A stretch of 64,000 bases of DNA from Nitrosopumilus sp. (GTDB lineage Archaea > Thermoproteota > Nitrososphaeria > Nitrososphaerales > Nitrosopumilaceae), in assembly GCA_965204345.1 (NCBI GenBank), contig OZ241981.1, forward strand, positions 320,001 through 384,000. The letters are read 5' to 3'. A model generated the notes under the pieces. The model was not told where the DNA came from and made no database searches. It saw only the letters and a list, made by a program, of their open reading frames with translations. Below, piece by piece: positions 50,110-60,839 of this stretch (positions are counted from its first letter, which is position 1; every line of letters starts with the position of its first letter). Both the position numbers and the translations under genes were made by a program.

Positions 50110-51287
50110 CTAGATTGTTTGTTCTTGGAGTACTAGTGAACTTTGGATGTTTCTGAGTGTTGATATAAGAATAGGTCTTGACAATGAATGCCCATATTTT
50201 GAAATAATGTTGTAAATTCCAAGTGGTGAAACTAATCGTTCTAAAATATTTTTTTAGTTATTTTATGTCCTTCTGAATTATTTTCTTTATATTTTCTTTT
50301 TAATTCCATTTCTCTAATAAAAAATTCTCCCGATGTTTCATATCGTAAATAAAAATCAAAATTTTCTCTTAAATTTCTATATACATCCATTACGTTTTCT
50401 AATGATAATTCGGGTTCTATTCCTTGTTCTATTTTCCATTCATCATATATTTTATAATTTATAGAATTCCTTTCATAGTTAGACCATTTTGTTTTATTTC
50501 CGAATTTAACTTTGGTTACATCTGTTTCAATTAAAGATACCCAAGATAGATCACTATCAAAGTAGACTTCAAAGGGCTTATCAAAAATAATATTTCTGAA
50601 ATCAAATTTTTTTTGAAAAGAGACTTCTGTAAAATATGTGGTAGATTTAAACCTCGAATCTGAAAAATCTGCACCTTCTTCAAATAGGGTATTCTTAAAA
50701 ATGGTTTTTTCATTAAAATGTACCGATATGAAACTCACAAATTTATTAAATATTGTATCCGTAAAATCAACATAAAAAAAATTTGCATCTAAAAATGATG
50801 CACTTTGTATTTTTGAATTTTCAAAAAATGTATCTTTTTTAAAACTCACGTTATAAAATGCTGCATTATTTTCAATCATCACGTTTGAAAAATTTGCTTT
50901 TTTATGAAAAATGGCATTTATAAAACTAGCATCTTCACCAAAAACGGTATTAGAAAAATCTACTTCTTTCAAAAAAATACAGTTATCAAAAATTACATTG
51001 TTAAGAAATTTAGTATTAGAAAAATCAACTATGGTTGAAATTTCTTTATTTTTAAATTCTATGTCTGGGATTTTGTACCCTATACACAAAATTGGTATCT
51101 CATGTTCTATCGATTCTTCAATTTTCTGTTTGATTAGTTCAGTAATTTCTGTTTTATGATTATGAACATATTCTTCATCGTGAAATTTACATTTGCCGGA
51201 CTCTAATGCAGTTTCATCACAACTGAATATTTCAGGTGATTCTTTAACGTAATCTTGATATTTATGCCTATAATCACATGTTGTCAT
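50110..51287 (-). pseudogene. Pentapeptide-repeat protein, frameshifted and truncated before its membrane domain
   Basis: CKFH N-terminus, many xDFSxxxF repeats, YRNLRENF...FFIREME; adding one base to the T7 run at 50249-50255 gives NILERLVSPLGIYNIISKYGHSLSRPIL. Confidence 0.7.
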
Positions 51288-51873
51288 TTGACTCGTTATT
51301 TTTATTAGATTGTCTATTATACGGATTGTTTAAAATTGGATATTATGCAATAGTAAAATTATAAGAGAAATTTCCACATAGCAAAAACTAGTTCTTTCGA
51401 ATCTTGCATTATTATTCTAGCACTTGTTCCAAATAATTCTGTGTATTGGCTTCGTAACAACCCCCCCCCCCTTCCTCTTAAGAGATTTAATGTTCAAATC
51501 TTGGCAATTTGGGTTTCTTTGTTATTTACAATACAGTGATAAGTACAGTTCACGTTGATTCATCCTGATTATTCTTTGATCAGCATCATGCCTTCTTGAG
51601 AAACAGTTTCAAGTAATTTTGACAATACATACCATAAATCACAGATTTAGGAAATCTCTGGTTACACTTTGAAATTTTCTGATGATTAAAACTATGTAAT
51701 TTTTAAGAAAACCATCTCTTGCAATCTAGATGATATTCTGCTTGAAAAATATCGGTAAATGAGACTTGCTAAGTTCTAGTTCCTTTAACTATGGAGCTTC
51801 GGGATTATATTATCACTTTACACCATAACCCATTCACTTCATGTTAAGAGTGGAGATCTAGAATATTAATGAG

Positions 51874-52131
51874 TCACAATTCAGGTATTTTTGCATTTGA
51901 CTTGATTTTATAATATCCATTCCCGGCATTCTCAATAAATGATGAACGAATAAGAATTGAACGAATTGTTGCATCAGGAGTTTTAGAAGTAATTTTCTTA
52001 ACCTTACGGATTTTAGTTAAAAGTTGAATAGCAGTCATAGGCTTCATTTCTCTTTTTAGAATTCGAAGAATATGATAATGATAGGTGTTTTTTCCAACTA
52101 CTTGATCAGAAATTATAGATTTTTTTTGCAT
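51874..52131 (-). CDS. HARE-HTH (HB1/ASXL/restriction endonuclease) winged-helix protein
   Basis: KPMT..QL...SKTPDATIRSIL...G.Y motif. Confidence 0.65.
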   Translation of the reverse strand: MQKKSIISDQVVGKNTYHYHILRILKREMKPMTAIQLLTKIRKVKKITSKTPDATIRSILIRSSFIENAGNGYYKIKSNAKIPEL

Positions 52132-52176
52132 AATAATACTCGTGTTTAATATTATTAAATAGTTTTTTTAGATGAA

Positions 52177-52971
52177 TTATTGGGTTATCATTGGCACAGA
52201 CATTTTTAATCTGTTTCGTGCAATCTCAACAAATTCTTTCTCTTTTTCTATTGCGATAAAATTTCTTTTGTGTTTTTTTGCGACAAAAGGTATTGTTCCA
52301 CTACCTGTAAATGGATCTATTATCACATCGCCCTCATTAGTCAATCCTAAAATTAATTTTTCAACTACGGCTATAGGTTTCTGGTTTGGGTGTTTTCCAA
52401 ATTGTTTTTCAGATAATGGCGTCATTGGTATATCCCACATATTACGCATCTGTTTACCTCCATTCATCTTTTTGAGAACATCATAGTTAAATGTCCAATT
52501 TTTGGCATTTTTTATGTCATTGTTTACCGCCCATATCAGATATTCAGTACTCTCACAAAACATCCTTCTAGTGATGTTTGGAAATGCATTTCGTTTATAC
52601 CATGTAACTGAACCTATAATCTTTCTTTTGTTTTTCTTTAATATATAACCTGTATCAAAAATATTGTGAAACGTTCCAAATACCACAATATTTCCATTTG
52701 GCTTAACTATTCTAAAGATCTCCGATAACCACTCTTGAAGAAATAGGTCATATTCTGAATCTGTAAAGGAATCCCATTTTTCATCCATTTTGTTAAATTT
52801 TTTCTCATCAGTCCAAAAACCATTTGACTGTAACCATCCTATTGCTTTTTTTCCATCATAGCCTGAAATATTGTAAGGTGGATCAGTAATACAATGATCT
52901 ACACTATCAGTCGATACTTTGCGCAGCTTTTCAATGGCATCGCCCAACCAAATTTTATTACGATATGCCAT
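52177..52971 (-). CDS. Beta-class N4-C/N6-A DNA methyltransferase (M1)
   Basis: TDPPY before HPNQKP and DPFTGSGT. Confidence 0.93.
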   Translation of the reverse strand: MAYRNKIWLGDAIEKLRKVSTDSVDHCITDPPYNISGYDGKKAIGWLQSNGFWTDEKKFNKMDEKWDSFTDSEYDLFLQEWLSEIFRIVKPNGNIVVFGTFHNIFDTGYILKKNKRKIIGSVTWYKRNAFPNITRRMFCESTEYLIWAVNNDIKNAKNWTFNYDVLKKMNGGKQMRNMWDIPMTPLSEKQFGKHPNQKPIAVVEKLILGLTNEGDVIIDPFTGSGTIPFVAKKHKRNFIAIEKEKEFVEIARNRLKMSVPMITQ

Positions 52972-53083
52972 TATACCAAAATTTGTTCATCTCCCATATT
53001 TATTGAATTAATTCGATAACTACACACATAGTAAATTTAATTTCACTTTAATTATGTTTAAGAAATTATTGAAATTATGAGTA

Positions 53084-54085
53084 TTGTCTGATAATTCTGA
53101 ATTAAATGATCTAATTTTACAACTACAACAAATACAAAACGGTCTCGAAGAACAATTTGGAATTTCAGATATATACTCCAACAGTAAATTCTATGAGATT
53201 ATGATATCTAATGAGTTGGAACATACACCAATTGCAGGACATTCAGGAACACGTGATGGTAAAACATCAAATGGTGAATTTGAGTACAAGCATTTCAAAG
53301 AATCAAGTTCAAATCATTCTTGGACATTTAATGACTATTCAGATGAAACAATCGAAAAATTAAAAGGAGCTCATTCAGTAATTTTTGCACATATTGATGA
53401 TATGAATAAAAATCATCCTATTTTTGATTGGTATCTTCAAGTTGATGGAAATACATGTTCAAAATATCTAAAACGTAGAACAGAAACACTTCTCAAAAAA
53501 CAACCAAAAGGAAAACCTAATGCAAGACGAATGATTAATTTTTCTGCAAATCAATTAGAAAATGATTTACAGATATCTAAAATATACATAAATCCCATAA
53601 AAGAAAAAGGCAGATTCACAGAAGGACTAAACAAAATAATTGAACTAACTAACAAAATAGAAAGAATCACATGTATCGATCAAATACTTACAAGCAATAA
53701 ATTTTGGGAAATGCTTGTCGCAAAAGAAATAGGGCATGATGTATTATCTGAACAGTCTGGACACGATGCAATAGATAAAGATGGAAAATTTTATGAGTAC
53801 AAGGTAGCTGTAGATTCAAAGTGGAATTTTCAAGATATATCTGATTCTGTATTAACAAAATACATAACTGATGAAAAAATAATCTTGGCCATTGTTAACA
53901 AACATGAAATTAGTGTAAAAAAAATATACATTGCGGATTCTGAAATAACTGTAGCACGTTTGAAAGAAAAACTTACAGAAAGGGCACAAAAATATAAAAA
54001 ACAAAACAAAGAAATTAGAAGAAATAGTATATCTTTTTCTAAAGGAGATCTAAAAAAAATTAAGGCTCAAAAAATATTTCCTTAG
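53084..54085 (+). CDS. Putative type II restriction endonuclease with two tandem PvuII-like PD-(D/E)xK domains
   Basis: Internal duplication: GHSGTRDGKTSNGEFEYK and EQSGHDAIDKDGKFYEYK; lies between two MTases. Confidence 0.75.
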   Translation: MSDNSELNDLILQLQQIQNGLEEQFGISDIYSNSKFYEIMISNELEHTPIAGHSGTRDGKTSNGEFEYKHFKESSSNHSWTFNDYSDETIEKLKGAHSVIFAHIDDMNKNHPIFDWYLQVDGNTCSKYLKRRTETLLKKQPKGKPNARRMINFSANQLENDLQISKIYINPIKEKGRFTEGLNKIIELTNKIERITCIDQILTSNKFWEMLVAKEIGHDVLSEQSGHDAIDKDGKFYEYKVAVDSKWNFQDISDSVLTKYITDEKIILAIVNKHEISVKKIYIADSEITVARLKEKLTERAQKYKKQNKEIRRNSISFSKGDLKKIKAQKIFP

Positions 54086-54822
54086 AATTTTTTGTTGATT
54101 TTTTCTTGTAACACTATAACATCTTGTTTCATAAACGTCTCAAGTCTCTTTTTTGCCATCTTGCAATATTCTGCATTATTATCAAATCCTATGAATTGAC
54201 GATTCAATTTTTTACATGCAAGAGCTGTAGTGCCACTGCCCATGAAAGGATCAAGTACAATGTCATTTTTTCTAGTAGTTAATTCAACTAGCTTTACAAT
54301 AAGATCCAGTGGTTTTTGTGTTGGGTGTATCCTTGTTTTTCCTTTTGGTGCCTGATATTTGAATATGTTATGAGTGCAATACCCGCCAAAGTATGCACTG
54401 TCTCTTTTACCAATTACAGCAGATTCCCAAGCATTAAGAAGTTTTGATTTTCCATTTAGAGGTACCGGATCAGGTTTTTGCCACACAATAGAATCAATGG
54501 CTTTGAAACGTAATTTTTCCATGTAATCCCAATACTTTCCAATGTCTTTTTTAGCACAAAATATGATTGCCCATCCCGATGTCTTTTTTAATCCTTCCTT
54601 GCACCATGAGGTAAAATTTTGTCCATTATCTGCATCCCAATTACCAAAATCAAAATCTAGTTTTGCCGTGCTGCCAAGTTTTTGACCCTTACAATTCAAA
54701 GTTTTGCTTATTCCATAAGGGGGATCTGCAATTAAGAGTTGTATACTGCCATCTGGAATTTTTTTCAATCCTTTCATACAGTCAATATTATGAATTTTAT
54801 TAAGTAATGAATCTGAAATCAT
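54082..54822 (-). CDS. Beta-class N4-C/N6-A DNA methyltransferase (M2)
   Basis: ADPPY, HPTQKP, DPFMGSGTT. Confidence 0.93.
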   Translation of the reverse strand: MISDSLLNKIHNIDCMKGLKKIPDGSIQLLIADPPYGISKTLNCKGQKLGSTAKLDFDFGNWDADNGQNFTSWCKEGLKKTSGWAIIFCAKKDIGKYWDYMEKLRFKAIDSIVWQKPDPVPLNGKSKLLNAWESAVIGKRDSAYFGGYCTHNIFKYQAPKGKTRIHPTQKPLDLIVKLVELTTRKNDIVLDPFMGSGTTALACKKLNRQFIGFDNNAEYCKMAKKRLETFMKQDVIVLQEKINKKF

Positions 54823-55007
54823 TTGTTATCTCCCTCACTTACAACGATATATTTCCTTTTGATTATGAACTTCAGTTTATCTGGATCTCCTAAAAAATCT
54901 ACAATAGGTTTTGGAACTCTACAAATCAAACTCTTTGAACCGTCAGCATTAGTGCTTTTACTCAGACTTACATTGAACTCTTTGGTGTTTTTTGCCCATC
55001 TTGTCAT
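54819..55007 (-). CDS. AbrB-like small regulator translationally coupled to M2
   Basis: MTRWAKNTKEFNVSL...CRVPKPIVDFLGDPDKLKF; ATGA overlap with the MTase. Confidence 0.75.
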   Translation of the reverse strand: MTRWAKNTKEFNVSLSKSTNADGSKSLICRVPKPIVDFLGDPDKLKFIIKRKYIVVSEGDNK

Positions 55008-55499
55008 AAAAAAACATTCTTGTGAAACTATATAAAATAACCGATCTGTTAATAACAGTACAATTATTATACTGCATGGATATAAGAAAATCAAAAAGTA
55101 AAGAGATCGCATAAAAACAAGATCAAATCACAAGAATTAATTAATGCTATTAATTGCTTGATGCAAAATAATCTTATTCAAATATTTTCAAAATGTCTGA
55201 AAATACTTTTTCATTTTAGAATTTTTTTAGGTAGGATACAATACTGTTTCCTTGTGTATTTCTTAAGAAGTGATGCTCATGTTTAGATGACTGAAAAACT
55301 AATTAAACTATGCATTAGGTCATGCTTTTGGATTGAATATTGCACTACAGATCATTCCTAAATTATTAGAGTTATGGAAACACGGTATGGAAATCCCCTC
55401 AATGATGATAGAAGATTCCTTCAATTCACGTGTTAACCAATTACTGAATTAAATTAGAAAAGATGGTTTCAAGTTATGAATCTGACGGTTTAACATTAT

Positions 55500-55632
55500 T
55501 CTCCCTGAAGAAAATTTACTTCCATCTTGGATTCAAAAAATATTCAAAGGGTAGGGTAACGGAACAATTCAAGATCTAGAATTATTTAATGTTCTTCAAC
55601 ATCTTATTCAAAATAAAATCATTACAGCATAG
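55500..55632 (+). pseudogene. Remnant of a thaumarchaeal surface-protein C-terminal module
   Basis: LLPSWIQKIFKG*GNGTIQDLELFNVLQHLIQNKII* resembles the IPxWIK...WW..G.I.D..F...QYLI...II module, with an internal TAG. Confidence 0.5.
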
Positions 55633-55701
55633 ATCTAAATCATCAAAAGTGTTTAAATAGAAAAACCATTACATTAATTTTAAATTCAGCATAACAATGG
55701 C

Positions 55702-56088
55702 ATGATGAATATCAAAAACCAGTCGCCGATTGTGGTTTATGACAACGCGTGTCATCTTTGTATTAAATTTGCAAATTCGGTGAGCTTTCTTGCCAGGGGA
55801 AGAATAGCACTGATAGGACACTATACAGAAATGGGAGAAAAGCTAAGAAAGGAATACCTGGGCGCAAATGCTACGGAAATGTTTTGGTTCATTGATGGAA
55901 AAAATGCTCATGGAGGACGCTCTGCATTGCTGCCACTGTTGCAAGAGATAATCTTTTCAAGAAAAACCGCACGGCCGCCACAAGCCAATGCGGAAGAAAG
56001 ATGCAAGATAGGCTGCAAAGCTCCCAAGGCTGTGTTTGCAAGATCATTTAGCCTGATAACCCACAGTAGAAAAATCAGGATTAGCTAG
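55702..56088 (+). CDS. DCC1-like (DUF393) thiol-disulfide oxidoreductase
   Basis: VVYDNACHLC DxxCxxC motif. Confidence 0.8.
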   Translation: MMNIKNQSPIVVYDNACHLCIKFANSVSFLARGRIALIGHYTEMGEKLRKEYLGANATEMFWFIDGKNAHGGRSALLPLLQEIIFSRKTARPPQANAEERCKIGCKAPKAVFARSFSLITHSRKIRIS

Positions 56089-56318
56089 GCTCATCCAAAC
56101 GGCAACATCCAAGACTGGATGGTTGTTGCTGTTGTATGAATTCTTTTGAAAGTTCAGCATAAAATCAACAGATTGCCATTCCTCCTTATCATCATCATCT
56201 TCTTCTTCTCCTCCTCTTCAGCCAACTACTCTGCAGATGGCAAATGACACAAAGAGAGACATCTGCTTGAAACATTAGAAAAGTTAGAAATAAAGGCACT
56301 GCAAAAAATAATGAAAGG

Positions 56319-56723
56319 TCATGAGCCCATCATGCCGACCATTTTAGGCAGCTCTCGATATGCCTTGCTTACAAAGATATCATTGTCTGCACTGACCATA
56401 ACAAACTGCATCGAGTTCTCAGGAGGGGGAGACACAATAATTTTTTGTCTTGTTTGCATGGTTCCCAAATCCATGGTATCACCATCGCCAAAATTAATGC
56501 GGACATTAGTCAGGGGTTCAGAGCCGGTATTCTGAATTGTTACCCTGCCCATTACAAACAGACTCTGTCTGTCCAAAATAGGATCCACAAAAATATCATG
56601 CTCCTGAGTGCTAACAGACAATTTCAAGACATCCATGCCAAAGATTACCGCCATGATGACAATGGCGCCAACACCTGCACCAACAATCATAGTGTACTGA
56701 TTCAACAACTCTAAACCACACAT
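56319..56723 (-). CDS. Membrane-anchored hypothetical protein
   Basis: N-terminal TM, VTIQNTG Ig-like strand. Confidence 0.7.
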   Translation of the reverse strand: MCGLELLNQYTMIVGAGVGAIVIMAVIFGMDVLKLSVSTQEHDIFVDPILDRQSLFVMGRVTIQNTGSEPLTNVRINFGDGDTMDLGTMQTRQKIIVSPPPENSMQFVMVSADNDIFVSKAYRELPKMVGMMGS

Positions 56724-56740
56724 CTAATAATTAAGATTGG

Positions 56741-57022
56741 CTACCTTACTTTGACACCGTTCCAAAATGCCACCATGCCTTTGATTTTCATGGCAGCATC
56801 GTTGGGCTCTGCATAGTACCATGCACAGTCCCTGTTGGTTTTGCCATTTACATCCACAGAATAATAATTTGCCATTCCCTTCCAGCCACAGAAAGTTGTC
56901 AGTTCCGTTTTTGTAAAATATTCTTGCTTTATAGAATCAAACGGAAAGTAGTGATTTCCTTCAACTTTGATAGTAGCATCACTTTCGGCAATTACCACGT
57001 CATTCCATATTGCCTGCATCAA
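56741..57022 (-). CDS. DUF427 domain protein
   Basis: VIAESD, VEGNHYFP, CGWKG.A.YY, AWYY. Confidence 0.9.
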   Translation of the reverse strand: MMQAIWNDVVIAESDATIKVEGNHYFPFDSIKQEYFTKTELTTFCGWKGMANYYSVDVNGKTNRDCAWYYAEPNDAAMKIKGMVAFWNGVKVR

Positions 57023-57065
57023 TACAAAACAGATTCAGGTAATATTTAATTAAATCTCAAGCAGC

Positions 57066-58529
57066 TTATTGGGTTGCCCTAACTTGCTCACGTTTTGTAA
57101 AATCAGGCTTTATTCCCAATGAGTCATAGTTTCCAGAAGAGCAGGCAAAGCACATGGAATCCTTTGAGATTCCTACGGCGTTGGCAAGGTTCTCAGCATC
57201 ATTATACCCCAAGAAATCAACGCCGATGCTTTGTCTAACCATCTCAGTAATCTCATCTCCGGTCATGGCTTTTCCATCAGTAAAGGTGGCAAGTTCCTCC
57301 TGAGAAGGAAAGTCAATTCCGGCATAGCAGGGATAGTTGATTTGAGGATAGGTAATCAGCATGCTGATTCTCCTTGCACCTGCACGGCGAAGAGCTTTGA
57401 TGATGGCCTTTGAGCTGGTGCCCCGGACCAGGCTGTCATCGATTACCACCACATGTTTGTCTCTAATGATTTCACTGATTGGAATAATCCAGCGATTAAT
57501 GTCAACCCTATCGCTTTGATGGGGTTCAATGAAACTACGCAGTGGTCCCTTCTTGCTATAGCGGTCTTTTAGCAGCCCCTCATCAAAGGATATTCCCAAT
57601 TCCTGGGCATATCCTAATGCCGCAGGTCTTGCAGAATCAGGCACCGGTATTACCAGATCAGCATCAGTGAGAGGGAATTTTTTTGCCATAAGCCTGCCAA
57701 TATTTTTTCGGGAGATGTAGATGTTGTGTCCCTCCATGTTACTTGAGGGGTGTGCAAAGTAGGTAAACTCAAAGGAGCAGTGTGCGCGAGACGAGTCAGT
57801 CGAAAATTTTTCAGTCTCTAGGCCAGACTTGCTTAGTTTGATTAATTCGCCTGGGGTTATATCTCGCTGTAATGCTGCACCGACTGCAGTGACTGCAGCG
57901 GACTCAGAGGTTACAATGTAGGTATCATCAGATTCCTTGTGTCCTAAAACCATAGGGCGAAATCCCTTGGGATCCCGTGCAGCATATACGGAATTGTCAT
58001 CGGAGATAAAAGTAAAACAGTACGAGCCGACCATCTCGTTCTTTAAGACAGAAAGCGCCTTTCCCATCTGGCCATTTTCTGAGATTAGGGATACCAGGCG
58101 CTTAGCTGCAACTAGCGTATCATTTGCATTCTGGGGAGTAAAAGAGCAGCCGCCAACCATGTTGGATAGTTCTTGGGCATTGGCAATGGTTCCATTATGG
58201 GCAATGCAGAGATCCTTTACTTTGAGTGGCTGGGCATTATCTAGGGTGCTGGTTCCCATAGTAGAGTATCTCACATGGCCAATCACACATGGAGAGGCAT
58301 ACTCTTGCGCAAGTCTTTTAAAATCAGACGAGGAGTGAGAGACCAATCCCACTCTCTTAAAAGGTGCCTTGTTTGGAACTGCAAATCCCCAGGCCTCTTG
58401 GCCCCTGTGCTGCAAAGCCCGTAAGGCATCAAAGACCATTGGAATGACATTTTTTCCAGTCAGGCTGTAAATGCCCACAACGCCGCAATTTTCTTTGACT
58501 TTAGGCAAGGCAGCCTGCCTCCAAGGCAT
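57066..58529 (-). CDS. purF: Amidophosphoribosyltransferase
   Basis: ENCGVVG, LQHRGQE, GHVRYST, DDSLVRG, CYAGID; exact start uncertain. Confidence 0.96.
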   Translation of the reverse strand: MPWRQAALPKVKENCGVVGIYSLTGKNVIPMVFDALRALQHRGQEAWGFAVPNKAPFKRVGLVSHSSSDFKRLAQEYASPCVIGHVRYSTMGTSTLDNAQPLKVKDLCIAHNGTIANAQELSNMVGGCSFTPQNANDTLVAAKRLVSLISENGQMGKALSVLKNEMVGSYCFTFISDDNSVYAARDPKGFRPMVLGHKESDDTYIVTSESAAVTAVGAALQRDITPGELIKLSKSGLETEKFSTDSSRAHCSFEFTYFAHPSSNMEGHNIYISRKNIGRLMAKKFPLTDADLVIPVPDSARPAALGYAQELGISFDEGLLKDRYSKKGPLRSFIEPHQSDRVDINRWIIPISEIIRDKHVVVIDDSLVRGTSSKAIIKALRRAGARRISMLITYPQINYPCYAGIDFPSQEELATFTDGKAMTGDEITEMVRQSIGVDFLGYNDAENLANAVGISKDSMCFACSSGNYDSLGIKPDFTKREQVRATQ

Positions 58530-58655
58530 CAGATAAATTATTAGAAAAAGTACAAGACCCTGTTAAATCACCAAGTGACGACTCCATTCCCTGATCCATA
58601 ATCTAACTTTGAATAATAAAAATGATGAACACTTTTTGCGATCAAAAACGCTTTA

Positions 58656-60839
58656 TCAATCAGGTTTCTTGCCCTCAAGAACCAAATCAGAAAGAGCAGT
58701 AAGCCAAGATTGGCGGGTTTTATCCACATCTAACTCTACGACAGATTCGGATTTGGATGTAAACTGAATTTTTTTGCCAACAAAGCGTCCAATCTGTTTG
58801 AATGAAACATTGTTCTCCTTTAGAATTTCCCCTATCCTCAGATAGTGCCGTTTATCAAAGGCAAGTAAGTAGCGAGAGTGGCTTTCAGAGAACAAAATTC
58901 GGTCAGTATCAAGTTTATCATCATCTACAGGAATTTCATCTAAGAGCACGCTGCAGCCAACTTGATTGGTCATGCAGATTTCAGATATTGCTACTGCCAG
59001 GCCGCCTTTGGAGCAGTCATGTACTGATTTGAGAAGGCTGTTTTGAATTAAATTTAGGACAGAATCCATGTTTTTCTTCGAGTCCTCAAAGCTGACTGCA
59101 GGACATTTTCCGCCAATGAACCTGTGAACATACTCAAAATATTCAGAACCGCCCATTTCGTTTTTGGTATCACCGACAACTATCAAGCAGTCATCCTGGG
59201 TGACCTTCTGAGGAACAGACGGCCTCTGATCAATTAGTCCTATGACGCCAATGACAGGAGTCGGCTTGATTGGGCCTGCAGGAGTTTCATTGTAGAGGCT
59301 GACCTTTCCGCCAACACACGGAATTTCAAAATATTTGGCAAAATCAGTCAGTCCCCTCAGGGATTCTAGAAAAGTCCAAAAGATTTCAGGATCTTTTGGG
59401 TTTCCAAACTGCAGATGATCAAGCATTCCAATTGGCCGAGCTCCGGTACAGACGACATTTCTGCATGCTTCCTCAAAGCAGCCAATCGCACCCTCGCGCG
59501 GATTAAGGTAGCAGTGTTTTGGATTTCCGTCAATCTTTGCAGAAAGGTATCTTCCGTTATCTAATCGCAAAACAGAGGCATCAGATCCCGGTTTTACCAC
59601 TGTACGGATTCCAACTTCATGATCATACTGGCCATAGACCCAAATCTTACTTGCAATATTTGGCGAGGTCAGTAATCTTAGTAGCACGTCAGAATAGTCC
59701 CTGATGTGCTCAAATGACTTTTCAGTTTCAATTCTTTGTAAATAAGATGGCTTTTTTGAGGGCAAGTCAAGCAGGGTCGCATTAGCTACCACGTCAGTAG
59801 GCAGATTGGCAAGCGTTTTCCCGCCCTCCCTAACATGCATTTGCCTATCAGACCTTACAGAGCCAATCACAGAGCAGCCGATACGGAATTTTTCACATAT
59901 TTCCCTTAATTTTTGTAGTTTTTCCCGACTAGTAACAATCAGCATTCTTTCTTGCGATTCAGATACCATGATTTCATCAGGATGCATGTCAGGCTCGCGG
60001 GTGTGAACCATCTTAACATCCATCTCAATCCCAATTTCCAGCGCATCAGCAGTTTCAGAAACAGCGCAGGACAGGCCGCCGCCACCAAGGTCTTTGAGTG
60101 CATGAATCAGCCCGGCAGTCCTAGCCTCCAAAACAGCTTCAATGATTAGTTTTTCAATGAATGGATCAGGGATTTGAACGGCGGAGCGATCCTCAGACTC
60201 TAAGGAATCAGATGCAAACTGAGAGCCGCCGATTCCATCCCTGCCAGTAGGGCCTCCCATCAGTACGACAACATCGCCTTTCTTGGCATGATTTTTAATC
60301 AAGTTTTCTTTCTTGCCAAACCCCAGTGCGGCCACGTCAACTAGCGCATAGTTTTCATAGCATTCGTCAAATTCGGCCTCCCCGCCAATGGTTGGAATAC
60401 CAAGGCAGTTGCCGTAATCAGCAATGCCTGCAACTGCATTTTTAAAAAGCCATCTTGCTTGCAAATCTTTTTTGATATTTCCGAATCGCAGTCCATCAAA
60501 AATTGCAATAGGCCTAGTTCCAGCAGACAGAATGTCTCGTATTACACCACCAACGCCTGTTGCGGCCCCGCCATAAGGCTCCACGGCAGAAGGATGATTG
60601 TGGCTTTCAATGTGGGCCGTGACAACATATCCGCCTCCAACATCCAAAACTCCAGAGTCGTATCCTTTCTCACTAATTACCAAGGGGCCGTCCATGGGCA
60701 GCATTTTGAGGTGTCTTTTTGATGACTTGTAAGAGCAGTGCTCTGACCATTCAGCAGCCACAATTTGCAATTCAGTAGGCGTAGGATCTCTGCCAATCTT
60801 GGACTTTAGCTCGTCTAGTTCTTGCTCTTCAAGACTCAT
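58656..60839 (-). CDS. purL: FGAM synthase subunit PurL
   Basis: WSEHCSYKSS, ESHNHPS, DLGGGG, SESQERM, GGKVSLYN. Confidence 0.97.
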   Translation of the reverse strand: MSLEEQELDELKSKIGRDPTPTELQIVAAEWSEHCSYKSSKRHLKMLPMDGPLVISEKGYDSGVLDVGGGYVVTAHIESHNHPSAVEPYGGAATGVGGVIRDILSAGTRPIAIFDGLRFGNIKKDLQARWLFKNAVAGIADYGNCLGIPTIGGEAEFDECYENYALVDVAALGFGKKENLIKNHAKKGDVVVLMGGPTGRDGIGGSQFASDSLESEDRSAVQIPDPFIEKLIIEAVLEARTAGLIHALKDLGGGGLSCAVSETADALEIGIEMDVKMVHTREPDMHPDEIMVSESQERMLIVTSREKLQKLREICEKFRIGCSVIGSVRSDRQMHVREGGKTLANLPTDVVANATLLDLPSKKPSYLQRIETEKSFEHIRDYSDVLLRLLTSPNIASKIWVYGQYDHEVGIRTVVKPGSDASVLRLDNGRYLSAKIDGNPKHCYLNPREGAIGCFEEACRNVVCTGARPIGMLDHLQFGNPKDPEIFWTFLESLRGLTDFAKYFEIPCVGGKVSLYNETPAGPIKPTPVIGVIGLIDQRPSVPQKVTQDDCLIVVGDTKNEMGGSEYFEYVHRFIGGKCPAVSFEDSKKNMDSVLNLIQNSLLKSVHDCSKGGLAVAISEICMTNQVGCSVLLDEIPVDDDKLDTDRILFSESHSRYLLAFDKRHYLRIGEILKENNVSFKQIGRFVGKKIQFTSKSESVVELDVDKTRQSWLTALSDLVLEGKKPD

